Shown piece by piece: positions 39,807 to 49,705 of a stretch of DNA of 64,000 nucleotides. The first letter of the stretch is position 1, and every line of letters starts with the position of its first letter. The stretch is taken from positions 4,923 to 68,922 of the forward strand of contig JAACFJ010000006.1 in assembly GCA_009937505.1 (NCBI GenBank), written 5' to 3'. A program made the translations under genes and the position numbers. The notes below the pieces were generated by a model that saw only the letters and a program-made list of their open reading frames with translations, ran no database searches and was not told the origin of the DNA. This DNA is from Gammaproteobacteria bacterium. GTDB taxonomy: Bacteria; Pseudomonadota; Gammaproteobacteria; Steroidobacterales; Woeseiaceae.

Positions 39807-40702
39807 ATAATTAGCTGCAGCAGGAAGTGGTGGTCGACGAGCAGCGCCGCGAACAGGATGGCCAGATAGGTGATAGAGAACCTGAAGGTGCGCATGGGCA
39901 ATTCGGCGTCGTCCGTTTCGATTTTCATGCGGATTGCGTAGTTCAGGAATATTGCCCCGAGGACCAGCGCGGTGCCGAGGTAGATCAGGCCGCTCATGCC
40001 GGTGAGATACGGCAGGACCGTGATCACCACCAGCAGGATCGTATATAAAAGTATGCTCAGACGTGTGTAGGCTTCGCCGTGCGTCACGGGCAGCATCGGT
40101 ATGCCGACCTTTGCGTATTCCTCCTTTCGTGCAATGGCCAGTGCCCAGAAATGCGGCGGTGTCCAGACGAAGACGATCAGGAACAGCAGCAACGCGCTGC
40201 TCGTAATCTCTCCCGTGACGGCCGTCCAGCCAAGCACGGGCGGTGCGGCGCCTGCGGCACCGCCGATCACTATATTTTGTGGCGTCGCTCGTTTCAGGAA
40301 CACGGTGTAGACCACGGCATAGCCGATCAGTGAGGCAAAGGTGAGGGCGGCAGTGAGCGGGTTTACGAGAAACCACAATACGATCATCGACAGCACGCAA
40401 ATCGCCGAGGCGAACATCAGCGCGTTGCTCTCGCTGACGCGGCCCTGTGGCAGCGGCCGGCCCCGCGTACGCAGCATGTGAATATCGATGCGGGCATCGA
40501 GCACGTGGTTGAATACCGCCGCGGCCGATGCGGCCATGCCGATGCCGATGGTGCCGAAAAACAGCGCCCATGCGCCAGGCCATCCGGGTACGGCGAGGAA
40601 CATCCCGACCACGGCCGTAAACACGATAAGCATGACCACGCGAGGTTTGGTTAGCTCGTAGTAGTCGCGCCAGTCCGTCAGTCTTTCTATGTTCGTGCTC
40701 AA
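39803..40702 (-). CDS. ctaB: Protoheme IX farnesyltransferase (heme O synthase)
   Basis: [20 protein letters not shown]...NHVLDARID...[10 protein letters not shown] are UbiA-family CyoE/CtaB motifs. Confidence 0.93.
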   Translation of the reverse strand: MSTNIERLTDWRDYYELTKPRVVMLIVFTAVVGMFLAVPGWPGAWALFFGTIGIGMAASAAAVFNHVLDARIDIHMLRTRGRPLPQGRVSESNALMFASAICVLSMIVLWFLVNPLTAALTFASLIGYAVVYTVFLKRATPQNIVIGGAAGAAPPVLGWTAVTGEITSSALLLFLIVFVWTPPHFWALAIARKEEYAKVGIPMLPVTHGEAYTRLSILLYTILLVVITVLPYLTGMSGLIYLGTALVLGAIFLNYAIRMKIETDDAELPMRTFRFSITYLAILFAALLVDHHFLLQLII

Positions 40703-40715
40703 AATATTTCCTTTC

Positions 40716-41285
40716 TCAGCCGATCCGAGACAATTTCAGCAGGCGCTTTATATCATCGACCATGTCCCTCGGATTGATGCCCGGGCCGAAATAAAGCACC
40801 AGGTTGCCGAGCGGGTCGATCAGGTAGAAGCCGCCTGCCGGCAGCGATTCGGGCTTCTTGTTGTCGAGGACCACCCTCAGTGCTGCGTCCTGCAGCGTGA
40901 TGAGCCCCCCGTGTTCTTCGGCAATAAACAGGGTATCGGGAGCGTGTTCGCCATGCAAGAACACCCGCTCCACCCGGTCCATTTCCTTGCCCAGCATGAG
41001 CCGTGACTGCCTCAGCGTATGCAGCGACGAGCGGCAACGGTCGCCGCAGTCTCCGTCATTTGCATACAGCAGCCGCCAGGAGCGGCTGTCATGAATCGGC
41101 GAACCGGGTACGGCGTCGACGAGGCTGACGATAGGCTCCAGCAGCATGCCGTGGTTGGCCCTTGATTCCGGCTGCAGCGCATCGCCACTGTAGTAAAGCC
41201 AGGCGGCGAGCAGCAGGGGACCAAAAAAGATGCCGGCAATCAGCAGGAACTGCAGGCGCCCCCTGGTCCGTTGTCGGTCGCTCAA
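40716..41285 (-). CDS. Membrane-anchored SCO/SenC-like thioredoxin-fold protein of the cox cluster
   Basis: It has an N-terminal transmembrane helix, a CGDRC (CxxxC) motif and an [14 protein letters not shown] segment resembling SCO proteins. The TTG start at 41285 overlaps the SURF1 stop (TTGA). The position matches the conserved hypothetical gene in gammaproteobacterial cox loci. Confidence 0.5.
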   Translation of the reverse strand: MSDRQRTRGRLQFLLIAGIFFGPLLLAAWLYYSGDALQPESRANHGMLLEPIVSLVDAVPGSPIHDSRSWRLLYANDGDCGDRCRSSLHTLRQSRLMLGKEMDRVERVFLHGEHAPDTLFIAEEHGGLITLQDAALRVVLDNKKPESLPAGGFYLIDPLGNLVLYFGPGINPRDMVDDIKRLLKLSRIG

Positions 41286-41998
41286 GTCCGCATTCCTCGT
41301 TTGCGGTAATTCCAGGCCAGCAGGCCCGCCAGTACCAGGCCCATCGCAAACCACTGAAACGCATAGGCATAATGACGTTCTGGTCCCATTTCCTGGGGCA
41401 CCCAGTGCCGCAGCAGGCCATGTTCTTCCTCGGGCTCCAGCAGCAGGATGAAGGGTTGCACCTCACGTCCCAAAGATGCCGCCAGCTCATCCAGTGTCGG
41501 GTACACAGCATGCTGAGGCCATGTCGACGGCGACTCGATCGCCGCGCCCATACGGTAGCCTGCCCGCGGCAAAGAGCCGACCCGGCCACGAATGGTCACG
41601 CGGTAGTCGGCCGGCACATCGATAGCCGATGTATCCACGCCCCCTCCCGAGCGCTCGATCCAGCCGCGGTTCACGATCAGCAGTGGCGCATCGTCGGAAT
41701 AGGCCAGCGGTGTCAGCACGTAATGCCCGTAACGGTTGTTGAGGATAATGTTATCGAGCAGGAACTGGTGCGTGGCGTCGAATTCGCCCTCCGCGGACAG
41801 TCGCTGGTAGGGCCGTACCTGCATGCCGTCGACGAAACGGGTAAACCCGGACTGCTTCTCGAAAGCTTCCTGGCTGGCGCGTTTTTCGAGCGCACGACTG
41901 ACTTGCCAGACGCCCAGCCCGGCGAACTGGATTACCAGCAAAGCACCGAGCGCGTATGGAAGCCAGCGCCTTATTGACTTTTGCAGGCCTGGCTTCAC
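41282..41998 (-). CDS. SURF1 family cytochrome oxidase biogenesis protein
   Basis: It has two terminal transmembrane helices and the motifs GVWQVSRALEK and GYHVLTPL-like (GHYVLTPLAY), in a cox context. Confidence 0.85.
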   Translation of the reverse strand: MKPGLQKSIRRWLPYALGALLVIQFAGLGVWQVSRALEKRASQEAFEKQSGFTRFVDGMQVRPYQRLSAEGEFDATHQFLLDNIILNNRYGHYVLTPLAYSDDAPLLIVNRGWIERSGGGVDTSAIDVPADYRVTIRGRVGSLPRAGYRMGAAIESPSTWPQHAVYPTLDELAASLGREVQPFILLLEPEEEHGLLRHWVPQEMGPERHYAYAFQWFAMGLVLAGLLAWNYRKRGMRT

Positions 41999-42033
41999 GT
42001 TATACTGCGCGAAATCCGGCTATCGAGTAACTA

Positions 42034-42228
42034 GTGAAATTCATCGTCCTGATCCTGCTGGCCGCCGTCGTCGTCAGCCTGTTCTCCGGCCTATTCTTCC
42101 TTGTCAAGGACAGGGATAAGCCCGAATCGACGCGCATGCTGCAGTCCCTCAAGATTCGCGTCGGGCTGTCGATTACCCTGATCATCTTCCTCGTTGCCGC
42201 GTATTCGCTCGGCTGGTTAAGCCCTTAA
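42034..42228 (+). CDS. Twin-transmembrane small protein (DUF2909/HIG1-like)
   Basis: The product is 64 aa with two transmembrane helices joined by a basic loop (KDRDKPESTRMLQSLKIR). It lies on the opposite strand within the cox cluster, as in other gammaproteobacteria. Confidence 0.65.
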   Translation: MKFIVLILLAAVVVSLFSGLFFLVKDRDKPESTRMLQSLKIRVGLSITLIIFLVAAYSLGWLSP

Positions 42229-42295
42229 GCGTTACGCGGTGGACATATTCGCCTCACGGCGCCGACCAACGGCCCGAACGCCAGAAACCGCTGCC

Positions 42296-43162
42296 CTACA
42301 TCCAGTAAACAAATACGTACAGGCCGACCCACACGACGTCCACGAAGTGCCAGTACCATGCCACCGCCTCGAAGGCGAAGTGGTTTGTTGCAGTGAAGTG
42401 TCCCTTCATCACGCGTAGCCACATGATCGTTAGCATGATCGCGCCAATCGTCACGTGCATGCCGTGAAAGCCGGTCAGCATGAAAAATGTTGAACCGTAA
42501 ATGCCACTGGTCAGCTTCAGGTTCATCGCCTCATAGGCGTGGATGTATTCCTCGGCCTGCAGGAATATGAAAACAAAACCCAGGATGAATGTCAGCGCGA
42601 GGAATGTCTTCAGGATTCCGCGCTGTCCCGCGATCAGTGCGTGGTGTGCAATCGTCACCGTTGCCGAACTGGTGAGAAGAATAACGGTGTTGATAAGCGG
42701 CAGGCCGAACGGCCCCATCACCGCGAAATCTCCGCCTACGCCGGCAGGACCATTCGTCGGCCAGGTTGCCTCATACCCTTCCCAGAGAATGTTATTGGTG
42801 AAGAAATTGTTGCTGTCACCGCCGAGCCACGGTACGGCCATGGTGCGGGCATAGTACAGGGCGCCGAAGAAAGCGGCGAAGAACATCACTTCGGAAAAGA
42901 TGAACCAGAACATTCCCATTCGGAAGGAGTAATCGACTTGATCGTTGTAAAGGCCCCCGGTGCTTTCATTAATTACCGTGCCGAACCAGCCAATCAGCAT
43001 GAATACGATCACGGCGACACCAACCAGCATGATCCAGAAGCCGGAGCCGGCGCCATTCAGCCAGTTGGAGACACCCACCATGAGAAACAGCAGCCCGATC
43101 GAGCCGACGATAGGCCAGTGGCTGCTATGAGGTACGTAATAGCGGTCTTCAGCGTGGGGCAT
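42296..43162 (-). CDS. coxC: Cytochrome c oxidase subunit III
   Basis: The 288-aa product has a HYVPHSSHWPIVGS start and FTGFHGMHV and WYWHFVDVVW motifs. Confidence 0.93.
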   Translation of the reverse strand: MPHAEDRYYVPHSSHWPIVGSIGLLFLMVGVSNWLNGAGSGFWIMLVGVAVIVFMLIGWFGTVINESTGGLYNDQVDYSFRMGMFWFIFSEVMFFAAFFGALYYARTMAVPWLGGDSNNFFTNNILWEGYEATWPTNGPAGVGGDFAVMGPFGLPLINTVILLTSSATVTIAHHALIAGQRGILKTFLALTFILGFVFIFLQAEEYIHAYEAMNLKLTSGIYGSTFFMLTGFHGMHVTIGAIMLTIMWLRVMKGHFTATNHFAFEAVAWYWHFVDVVWVGLYVFVYWM

Positions 43163-43185
43163 GATTTTTCTCGATACGTTGTCGT

Positions 43186-43746
43186 TCAGGACTCATCGTT
43201 CGCCGAGACGCGAACGGTGTCATAAAAGGTGTATTGCAGCGTGATCGTATCCACGAACTCCGGCAGCTCCGGGTCCACGATGAACTGCAGCGGCATGGCG
43301 CGCTCTTCATTCGCCCGGAACTCCTGGTTCGTGAAACAGAAACACTCGATCTTCTTGAAGTGACCGGAGGCACTGACCGGCGCGACGCTTGGAACGGCCT
43401 GCGCGACCTTCTTGTCGTCGGTGAGATTACGCGCCGTGAACGTTGCGTAATACATCTTGCCCGGCGTAACTTCCATGCTGTCGCGGTCTGCACTGAATTC
43501 CCATGGAGCGTACTCATTGACCGTCGTCACGAATTCCACCCGGATCGAGCGCGAGAAGTCAGGGTTTTCCTGGCTGCTCTCGGCCACGGTATTAGTGCGG
43601 CCGCCAAAACCGGTGATCTCGCAGAAGACGTCGTACAGCGGCACGAGCAGATAGCCGAAACCGAACATTGCCGCCGCGAGCAACAGCAGCTTGCCGGTCA
43701 GCGATCGGCTGTCATTTCCAGGCTTCTTTTCGGTGCTGTCGTTCAT
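43186..43746 (-). CDS. ctaG: Cytochrome c oxidase assembly protein CtaG/Cox11
   Basis: A transmembrane anchor is followed by [14 protein letters not shown] and CFCF motifs. Confidence 0.9.
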   Translation of the reverse strand: MNDSTEKKPGNDSRSLTGKLLLLAAAMFGFGYLLVPLYDVFCEITGFGGRTNTVAESSQENPDFSRSIRVEFVTTVNEYAPWEFSADRDSMEVTPGKMYYATFTARNLTDDKKVAQAVPSVAPVSASGHFKKIECFCFTNQEFRANEERAMPLQFIVDPELPEFVDTITLQYTFYDTVRVSANDES

Positions 43747-43751
43747 ATGAG

Positions 43752-43868
43752 TCAGGCGCGCAGTACGCCAATCAGGATGAAACCGAGATAAAAAGCCAGC
43801 GCAACGGCGATGAGGATGATCGCTGTTCGCCGTACCCCTTTACGCTGGTCCTGCCGGCCATCTGTCAC
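43752..43868 (-). CDS. Small single-transmembrane cytochrome oxidase assembly protein (38 aa)
   Basis: A GTG overlaps the coxA stop (GTGA) and opens (M)[38 protein letters not shown] micro-ORF of this type sits between coxA and ctaG in many proteobacteria. Confidence 0.5.
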   Translation of the reverse strand: MTDGRQDQRKGVRRTAIILIAVALAFYLGFILIGVLRA

Positions 43869-45469
43869 TCGAAGGCTTCCTCTGCGATCCTGGCCTTGGG
43901 CGGTGTATCGAAGGTGTGATACGGCGCCGGCGAAGGTACGGTCCATTCGAGTCCTTTCGGCGCCTCCCAGACGCGATCGGTCGCCGTGGCGCCCTTCTTT
44001 GCGGTGAGCAACACATAGACGAAGACCAGCTGCGAAATGCCGAAACCAAGTGCGCCGATGCTTGCGATCAGGTTGAAATCCGCGAACTGGGTCGAGTAGT
44101 CCGGGATGCGTCGCGGCATGCCGGCAAGCCCGAGGAAGTGCATCGGGAAGAACGTGACGTTGACGAAGATCGTTGACAACCAGAAGTGCAGCTTGCCGAG
44201 CGACTCGTTGTACATGTGGCCGGTCCATTTCGGCAGCCAGTAATACGCTGCGGCCATGATGGCGAAGATCGAGCCTGGAACCAGCACGTAGTGGAAGTGG
44301 GCAACGACGAAGTAGGTGTCGTGATACTGGATGTCCGCAGGCGCGATAGCGAGCATCAGGCCCGAGAAGCCGCCGATCGTGAACAGGAACACGAACGCCA
44401 GCGCAAACAGCATCGGCGTCTCGAAGGTCATCGAGCCGCGCCACATCGTCGCGACCCAGTTGAATACCTTCACGCCCGTCGGGACGGCGATCAGCATCGT
44501 CGCAAACATGAAGAACAGCTGGCCGGACAAGGGCATGCCCACCGTGAACATGTGGTGTGCCCAGACGATGAACGACAGGAACGCGATGCAAGATGCGGCG
44601 TAAACCATCGAGTCGTGACCGAAGAGCGGCTTGCGCGAGAACGTAGGGATGATCTCAGAGACGACGCCGAACGCCGGCAGTATCATGATGTAGACCTCGG
44701 GGTGGCCGAAGAACCAGAAGATGTGTTGGAACATGACCGGGTCGCCACCGCCGGCGGCGAGGAAGAAACTCGTTCCGAAGAACTGGTCGGTCAGCAACAT
44801 CGTAACCGCGCCCGCCAGCACTGGCATTACCGCTATCAGGAGATAGGCCGTAATCAGCCAGGTCCACACGAAAATTGGCATCTTGAGCAACCACATGTCC
44901 GGTGCGCGCATGTTGAGAATCGTCACGATGATGTTGATCGCGCCCATGATCGAGGAGATGCCCATCAGGTGCACCGAGAAAATCAGGAACGGGAATGCGT
45001 CGCCTGTCTGCAGGATCAGCGGGGGATACATCGTCCAGCCGCCGGCCGGAGCACCGCCCTCCATGAACAGTGTCGAAAGCAGGATGCCGAACGCGACGGG
45101 CAGGATCCAGAACGACCAGTTATTCATGCGCGGCAGCGCCATGTCCGGCGCGCCGATCATCATCGGGATCATCCAGTTTGCGAGTCCGACGAAAGCCGGC
45201 ATGACTGCGCCGAAGACCATGATCAGTGCGTGCATCGTCGTCATCGAGTTGAAGAACTCCGGATGCACAAACTGCAGTCCCGGCTGCATCAGCTCGCTGC
45301 GGATGACCAGCGCCATCGTGCCGCCGATGAAGAACATGATGAGGCTGAAAATCAGGTACAGCGTACCGATGTCCTTGTGATTGGTCGTAAACAGCCAGCG
45401 CCGGAAGCCTTTTTCCGGGCCGTGATGCTCGTCGTGTGCGTCCTGCGCCTCCGCGACTGCCGTTGTCAT
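43865..45469 (-). CDS. coxA: Cytochrome c oxidase subunit I (aa3-type)
   Basis: The 534-aa product has canonical heme-copper oxidase motifs (GAPDMALPRMNN, WAHHMFTVG, HFHYVL). Confidence 0.97.
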   Translation of the reverse strand: MTTAVAEAQDAHDEHHGPEKGFRRWLFTTNHKDIGTLYLIFSLIMFFIGGTMALVIRSELMQPGLQFVHPEFFNSMTTMHALIMVFGAVMPAFVGLANWMIPMMIGAPDMALPRMNNWSFWILPVAFGILLSTLFMEGGAPAGGWTMYPPLILQTGDAFPFLIFSVHLMGISSIMGAINIIVTILNMRAPDMWLLKMPIFVWTWLITAYLLIAVMPVLAGAVTMLLTDQFFGTSFFLAAGGGDPVMFQHIFWFFGHPEVYIMILPAFGVVSEIIPTFSRKPLFGHDSMVYAASCIAFLSFIVWAHHMFTVGMPLSGQLFFMFATMLIAVPTGVKVFNWVATMWRGSMTFETPMLFALAFVFLFTIGGFSGLMLAIAPADIQYHDTYFVVAHFHYVLVPGSIFAIMAAAYYWLPKWTGHMYNESLGKLHFWLSTIFVNVTFFPMHFLGLAGMPRRIPDYSTQFADFNLIASIGALGFGISQLVFVYVLLTAKKGATATDRVWEAPKGLEWTVPSPAPYHTFDTPPKARIAEEAFE

Positions 45470-45519
45470 ACTGTTTCTCTCCGTTCACGTGCCGGCATGC
45501 GGCACATTGATGAATTCAT

Positions 45520-46326
45520 TTATTGGCTTGCAGCGACGCGTTCGCCGTCCTGCTGGTGCGTTTCGACCCATGCGAGGTAAGCGTCCGGTTCGACAACCTC
45601 GACGACAATGGGCATGTAGCCGTGATCCTTTCCGCACAGCTCCGTGCACTGGCCCCGGAACGTGCCGGTCTGCTCCGCGCGGAACCAGGTCTCATTGATG
45701 ATGCCGGGTACGGCATCTTTTTTTATAGCCAGGTCTGGTACCCACCAGGAGTGCACGACGTCGCTGGACGTGATGAGCAAGCGCACCTTGGCGCCCTTCG
45801 GCACGACCAGTGGACGATCGACTTCGAGCAGGAAATTCTCGACATCGAACGGGTCAATGCCGGAGTTCTTCGGCCGCGCTTCGACGCTGCCACGGTCCAG
45901 GCTCGAGTAGAAAGCGATGTCCTCGTCCTGGTACTTGTAGTGCCATTTCCACTGGTAAGCGGTAATGACAACGGAAATGTCGGGATCGCGTGAATCCTCG
46001 AGCTTGATCATCGTTTCGGCCGCCGGAAGCGCCATCGCGAGGAGGATAACGACGGGAAGCGCTGTCCAGATGACTTCGGCCGTGGTGCTGTGCGAGAAGG
46101 TCGCCGGTTCCACGCCCTTCGACTTCCGGTGCATGAACAGCGAGATGATCATGGCGCCGAATACGACGACACCGATGCCGACGCACCACCAGAACACCAT
46201 CATATGCAGTTCGTAGGTCTCGGCGCTGAGTTCAGTGACGCCCCGGGGCATGTTGAGGGCCCAGTCGGCGCTCGCTGCGCCGGCCCACAACGTTCCGAGT
46301 AAGCTGAATAGCGATTTTCGAATCAT
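45520..46326 (-). CDS. coxB: Cytochrome c oxidase subunit II (CuA domain only, no fused cytochrome c)
   Basis: It has a signal peptide, two transmembrane helices and the CuA site HSWWVPDL...CTELCGKDHGYM. The product is 268 aa. Confidence 0.93.
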   Translation of the reverse strand: MIRKSLFSLLGTLWAGAASADWALNMPRGVTELSAETYELHMMVFWWCVGIGVVVFGAMIISLFMHRKSKGVEPATFSHSTTAEVIWTALPVVILLAMALPAAETMIKLEDSRDPDISVVITAYQWKWHYKYQDEDIAFYSSLDRGSVEARPKNSGIDPFDVENFLLEVDRPLVVPKGAKVRLLITSSDVVHSWWVPDLAIKKDAVPGIINETWFRAEQTGTFRGQCTELCGKDHGYMPIVVEVVEPDAYLAWVETHQQDGERVAASQ

Positions 46327-46565
46327 CGTGTATGCACTCCACAGACCGACGGCGGTCCGCGCTCAAAAAATTACGAATTAACGGGTGGCAGATTTGAGGT
46401 TCGGGACAGCCGGACGCCCCGCTCAAGAGCTTCGGAAGTTTACTGAAACGCGCGGGCGCAGGCAATCCTGTCCCTGCACCCGCAGAAATCGAAACCAATT
46501 AGATTACAACGGCTTATCATCAAGCACTGAGGGCCGGTTGAAGTTTCCTGCTGCGACGCCGCAAG

Positions 46566-47432
46566 TCATTGCTGCCGCAGTGGAATTTTGCCGGCGTCCA
46601 CGGCAATGTCGCCGCCTGTCCGGCGGGGCTCCCCACCCCAGCAGTGGCCATAGACGATTTCGAGTGTGAGCGAACACGCGTTACCTGGCGAAAACAGCGC
46701 GTCGGTGAACCTGCGAAATCGATTTCTGCCCATAAGGCCCGTCCGCCGCTGGTACAGTGTGTTGCGTGCTCCGCTGGCCGTGAGGTCGCGAAACAGCGCC
46801 TCGCTGTTGCGGTAGCTGACAGACAAACGGTCGACATCCAGCACCGGGTCTCGCAGGCCGGCGCGGACCAGTGCGTCCCCCACATCATGCATGTCCGGGA
46901 AGCGCTTCACGTGTTCGCCCTCGTCGGATGCCCGCCACGCCTGCCGTATTTCCAGCAGGGTGTCAGGCCCGAGCGTCGCGAAGGCGAACAGGCCACCCTT
47001 GCGCAGCACGCGTGCAACTTCCTCGAAAACCAAGTCAGGCTGATCCAGCCACGGCAACATAAGGTTGGAAAAGACCACGTCAACACTTGCGTCGGCAAGT
47101 GGCATCGCCCTGGCATCGGCCTGTACGGCATGTCTCTTCGAAAGCAGGGAGCGTTTGCTGCGCACGACCTGCAACATGCGCGCGGAACTGTCGACCGCGA
47201 TCACGAGGGCGCGACGGAAGCGCTTCTGCAACAGAGGGATGGCGCTTCCCGTCCCTGCACCGAGGTCGACGACGGTAGTTGCTTCGGCGGTTATCGGGCG
47301 CATGCGCGCGAGCAGGCCTTCGCAGGTCACGCGATGCACGAAGTCGGCTTCGTCAAACGAGCCTGCCGCGTCGTCGAAACGTCGCCTGACGTCCCGAGTG
47401 CGCAAGTCCGATGTGTGATTACTGGCGTTCAT
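46566..47432 (-). CDS. bioC: Class I SAM-dependent methyltransferase, probably malonyl-ACP O-methyltransferase
   Basis: RRRFDDAAGSFDEADFVHR... is followed by the VVDLGAGTG SAM motif and a BioC-like C-terminal part. The gene neighbours comF, as in many bio loci. Confidence 0.65.
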   Translation of the reverse strand: MNASNHTSDLRTRDVRRRFDDAAGSFDEADFVHRVTCEGLLARMRPITAEATTVVDLGAGTGSAIPLLQKRFRRALVIAVDSSARMLQVVRSKRSLLSKRHAVQADARAMPLADASVDVVFSNLMLPWLDQPDLVFEEVARVLRKGGLFAFATLGPDTLLEIRQAWRASDEGEHVKRFPDMHDVGDALVRAGLRDPVLDVDRLSVSYRNSEALFRDLTASGARNTLYQRRTGLMGRNRFRRFTDALFSPGNACSLTLEIVYGHCWGGEPRRTGGDIAVDAGKIPLRQQ

Positions 47433-47535
47433 TGCACGTTGGCACCCGCAGGACGCGACACGTTATCACGCTTTCCGGCGAATTCGCGCGAATTGCCGGG
47501 GTGCCGGGTACCGGTGCGAACGCCACAATGACCTG

Positions 47536-48273
47536 ATGCGTATGCACCGACCGCTGATGCCGACCTGGCAGCTCGCCTGCCGCGCAGCCAGGGAAATCGA
47601 ATTCGCCGTCATGCCGCGGCGCTGTGCATTTTGCGGAGCGGCAAGACGGCATGAGGAGTCGGCGATCTGCGCGGGCTGCGAGGCTGACCTGCCATGGGTA
47701 TCCGAGCAGTGCACCGGTTGTGCACGGCCGCTTGCTGCAAAGCCTGACGACGGGGTCCTGTGTGCCGGGTGCCAGGACCACCCGACGCCGTTCGACGTCG
47801 CGGCAGCGCCGTTGACCTATGAATTCCCTGTCGATGCCGCCATCCGGCAGTTCAAGTTTCACCGTAAGCTGCACTACGCGAGCGCTTTTGGCGAGTTGCT
47901 TTGCAAGGCAGCCGCGGACCTCCCCGCCGACATCGACGCCCTGCTGCCGGTGCCGTTGCACTGGCTGCGGCACGGCATTCGGGGTTTCAACCAGGCGACC
48001 GAAATCTGCCGGCCATTGCAGAAGGCGAGCGGTCTGCCCGTCATTCGTAACGTGTCGAGGATCCGGCGAACCCACTACCAGTCCGGCCTCGGCTCGCGGG
48101 AGCGGCGCCGCAATCTCGCCGGCGCGTTTGCCGTCAGGGGCGCGATCGATTCGCGGCACGTACTGTTGATCGACGACGTGATTACGACAGGCGAAACCTG
48201 CGCGCAGCTTGCGCGCGAGTTACTCGCACACGGCACGCAGAAGGTCAGCGTGCTGGCGCTGGCACGAGCCTGA
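47536..48273 (+). CDS. comF: ComF family protein (phosphoribosyltransferase-like)
   Basis: An N-terminal 4-Cys zinc-finger pattern (CAFCGA...CAGC...CTGCARP...CAGC) is followed by a PRT motif (VLLIDDVITTGET). Confidence 0.85.
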   Translation: MRMHRPLMPTWQLACRAAREIEFAVMPRRCAFCGAARRHEESAICAGCEADLPWVSEQCTGCARPLAAKPDDGVLCAGCQDHPTPFDVAAAPLTYEFPVDAAIRQFKFHRKLHYASAFGELLCKAAADLPADIDALLPVPLHWLRHGIRGFNQATEICRPLQKASGLPVIRNVSRIRRTHYQSGLGSRERRRNLAGAFAVRGAIDSRHVLLIDDVITTGETCAQLARELLAHGTQKVSVLALARA

Positions 48274-48328
48274 GTGTCAGCACATCGGAGGATTGCGCTA
48301 CAGGCTGTTTTTGTGTACTAGTCCCGTT

Positions 48329-49705
48329 GTGCGCAAGGGGGGTAAAAAAACAAGAACGCGTGTTGGGCTGCTGTTAGCCATGCTGTGCCCTGCCGTCGCA
48401 CAAGCGCAAGGTGATGCGCAGCGCCTGGAGCCCGCGGCCGAAACCCCGGACAGGCTGTCAATAAGCGGCAGTTTTCGGCTGCGCTATGAGTCCATGGAAA
48501 ATACGTTTCGCCTCGTCGGTCCGGCACAGGACGAACTGCTGCTGTCACGGCTACTCGTGCACGCGCAGGTCAACGGCGAACGATTTTACGGGGGGTTCGA
48601 ACTGCAGGACTCCCGGGCGTGGCTGGAACAGGACCTGACGCCCGTCGGCACCGATGACGTCAACGCGCTCGAGCCGCTACGGGCGTATGTCGGCTACAGG
48701 AACGAGAACGTGGACATCCAGGTCGGCCGTATGACGATGGACGTTGGCAGCCGCCGTCTGGTGTCGCGTAATCGTATGCGCAATACGATCAACTCCTTTA
48801 CGGGCGTACGCGCAAGGTGGTCGAAATCCGGGGGCGTCGGGTTGCAGGCATTTCTGACGATGCCGGTTGCCCGCCTTCCCAATAATCTCGAACTAGACCG
48901 CTTGCGAAACAACGAGTTCGAACTCGACCAGGAACATTGGGAACGTATCCTCTGGGGGTTGCATGTGGCCGACGTGCGTATCGGCAACCAAGTGCATACC
49001 GAGTGGTATCTGTACGGGATCCGCGAGAAGGACCGGCCGAGCCTGCCCACACGCAATCGTGACTTCCTGACTGCCGGCCTCCGTGCGCAGAACTCGGGCG
49101 ATGTATGGGCCTACGAGCTCGAGACCGCGTTCCAGCACGGCAAGAGCCGCGCCAGCCTGCTGCCGACTGACACCACGGACCTCGATCACCGGGCGTGGTT
49201 CATTCACGCGGAAGTCAGCCGCAAGCTGCAGGGCAGCTGGAAGCCTCGCGTGATATTCCGTTTCGATTATGCATCGGGCGATGAAGACCCGGACGACGGC
49301 GAGTTCAACCGCTTCGATACTTTGTACGGTGACAGACGCTGGGAGTTCGGACCGACAGGCATCTACGGCGCATTGACACGCAGCAATATCCTGTCGCCCG
49401 GAATCGCCCTGCGGTCGAAGCCGGGCCCTTCGACGGATTTCCGAATCGACTACCGGCCTGCGTGGCTCGCCAGCGATCGCGATTTCATGCCGACGGCCGT
49501 GCTGAGAGATCGTGACGGCAACTCAGGGTCGTTCATCGGCCATCAGGTAGATTTGCGGTGGCGATGGTGGTCAGCTTCGCGAGATCTGACGGTCGACTTC
49601 ACAGCCGCTTACCTGTGGAAAGGGGAGTTTCTCAAAAATGCCCCCGGTGCGCCGACGTCCTCCAATACGGCATACGCATACATCTCGACAGCGATGGCGT
49701 TCTGA
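48329..49705 (+). CDS. Alginate-export family outer-membrane porin
   Basis: The GTG start gives the signal peptide (M)RKGGKKTRTRVGLLLAMLCPAVAQAQ. ISGSFRLRYESMEN and beta-barrel patterning follow, ending in an aromatic residue (AF). Confidence 0.65.
   Translation: MRKGGKKTRTRVGLLLAMLCPAVAQAQGDAQRLEPAAETPDRLSISGSFRLRYESMENTFRLVGPAQDELLLSRLLVHAQVNGERFYGGFELQDSRAWLEQDLTPVGTDDVNALEPLRAYVGYRNENVDIQVGRMTMDVGSRRLVSRNRMRNTINSFTGVRARWSKSGGVGLQAFLTMPVARLPNNLELDRLRNNEFELDQEHWERILWGLHVADVRIGNQVHTEWYLYGIREKDRPSLPTRNRDFLTAGLRAQNSGDVWAYELETAFQHGKSRASLLPTDTTDLDHRAWFIHAEVSRKLQGSWKPRVIFRFDYASGDEDPDDGEFNRFDTLYGDRRWEFGPTGIYGALTRSNILSPGIALRSKPGPSTDFRIDYRPAWLASDRDFMPTAVLRDRDGNSGSFIGHQVDLRWRWWSASRDLTVDFTAAYLWKGEFLKNAPGAPTSSNTAYAYISTAMAF

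Noticed and set aside
47435-47460. Additional TGGCAC-containing strings considered as sigma-54 promoters, for example TTGGCACCCGCAGGACG near 47440 and TGGCACCGAACCCTTA near 50831.
   Set aside because: They lack a correctly spaced GC (-12) element or lie inside coding sequence. Only the glnA element fits the consensus.
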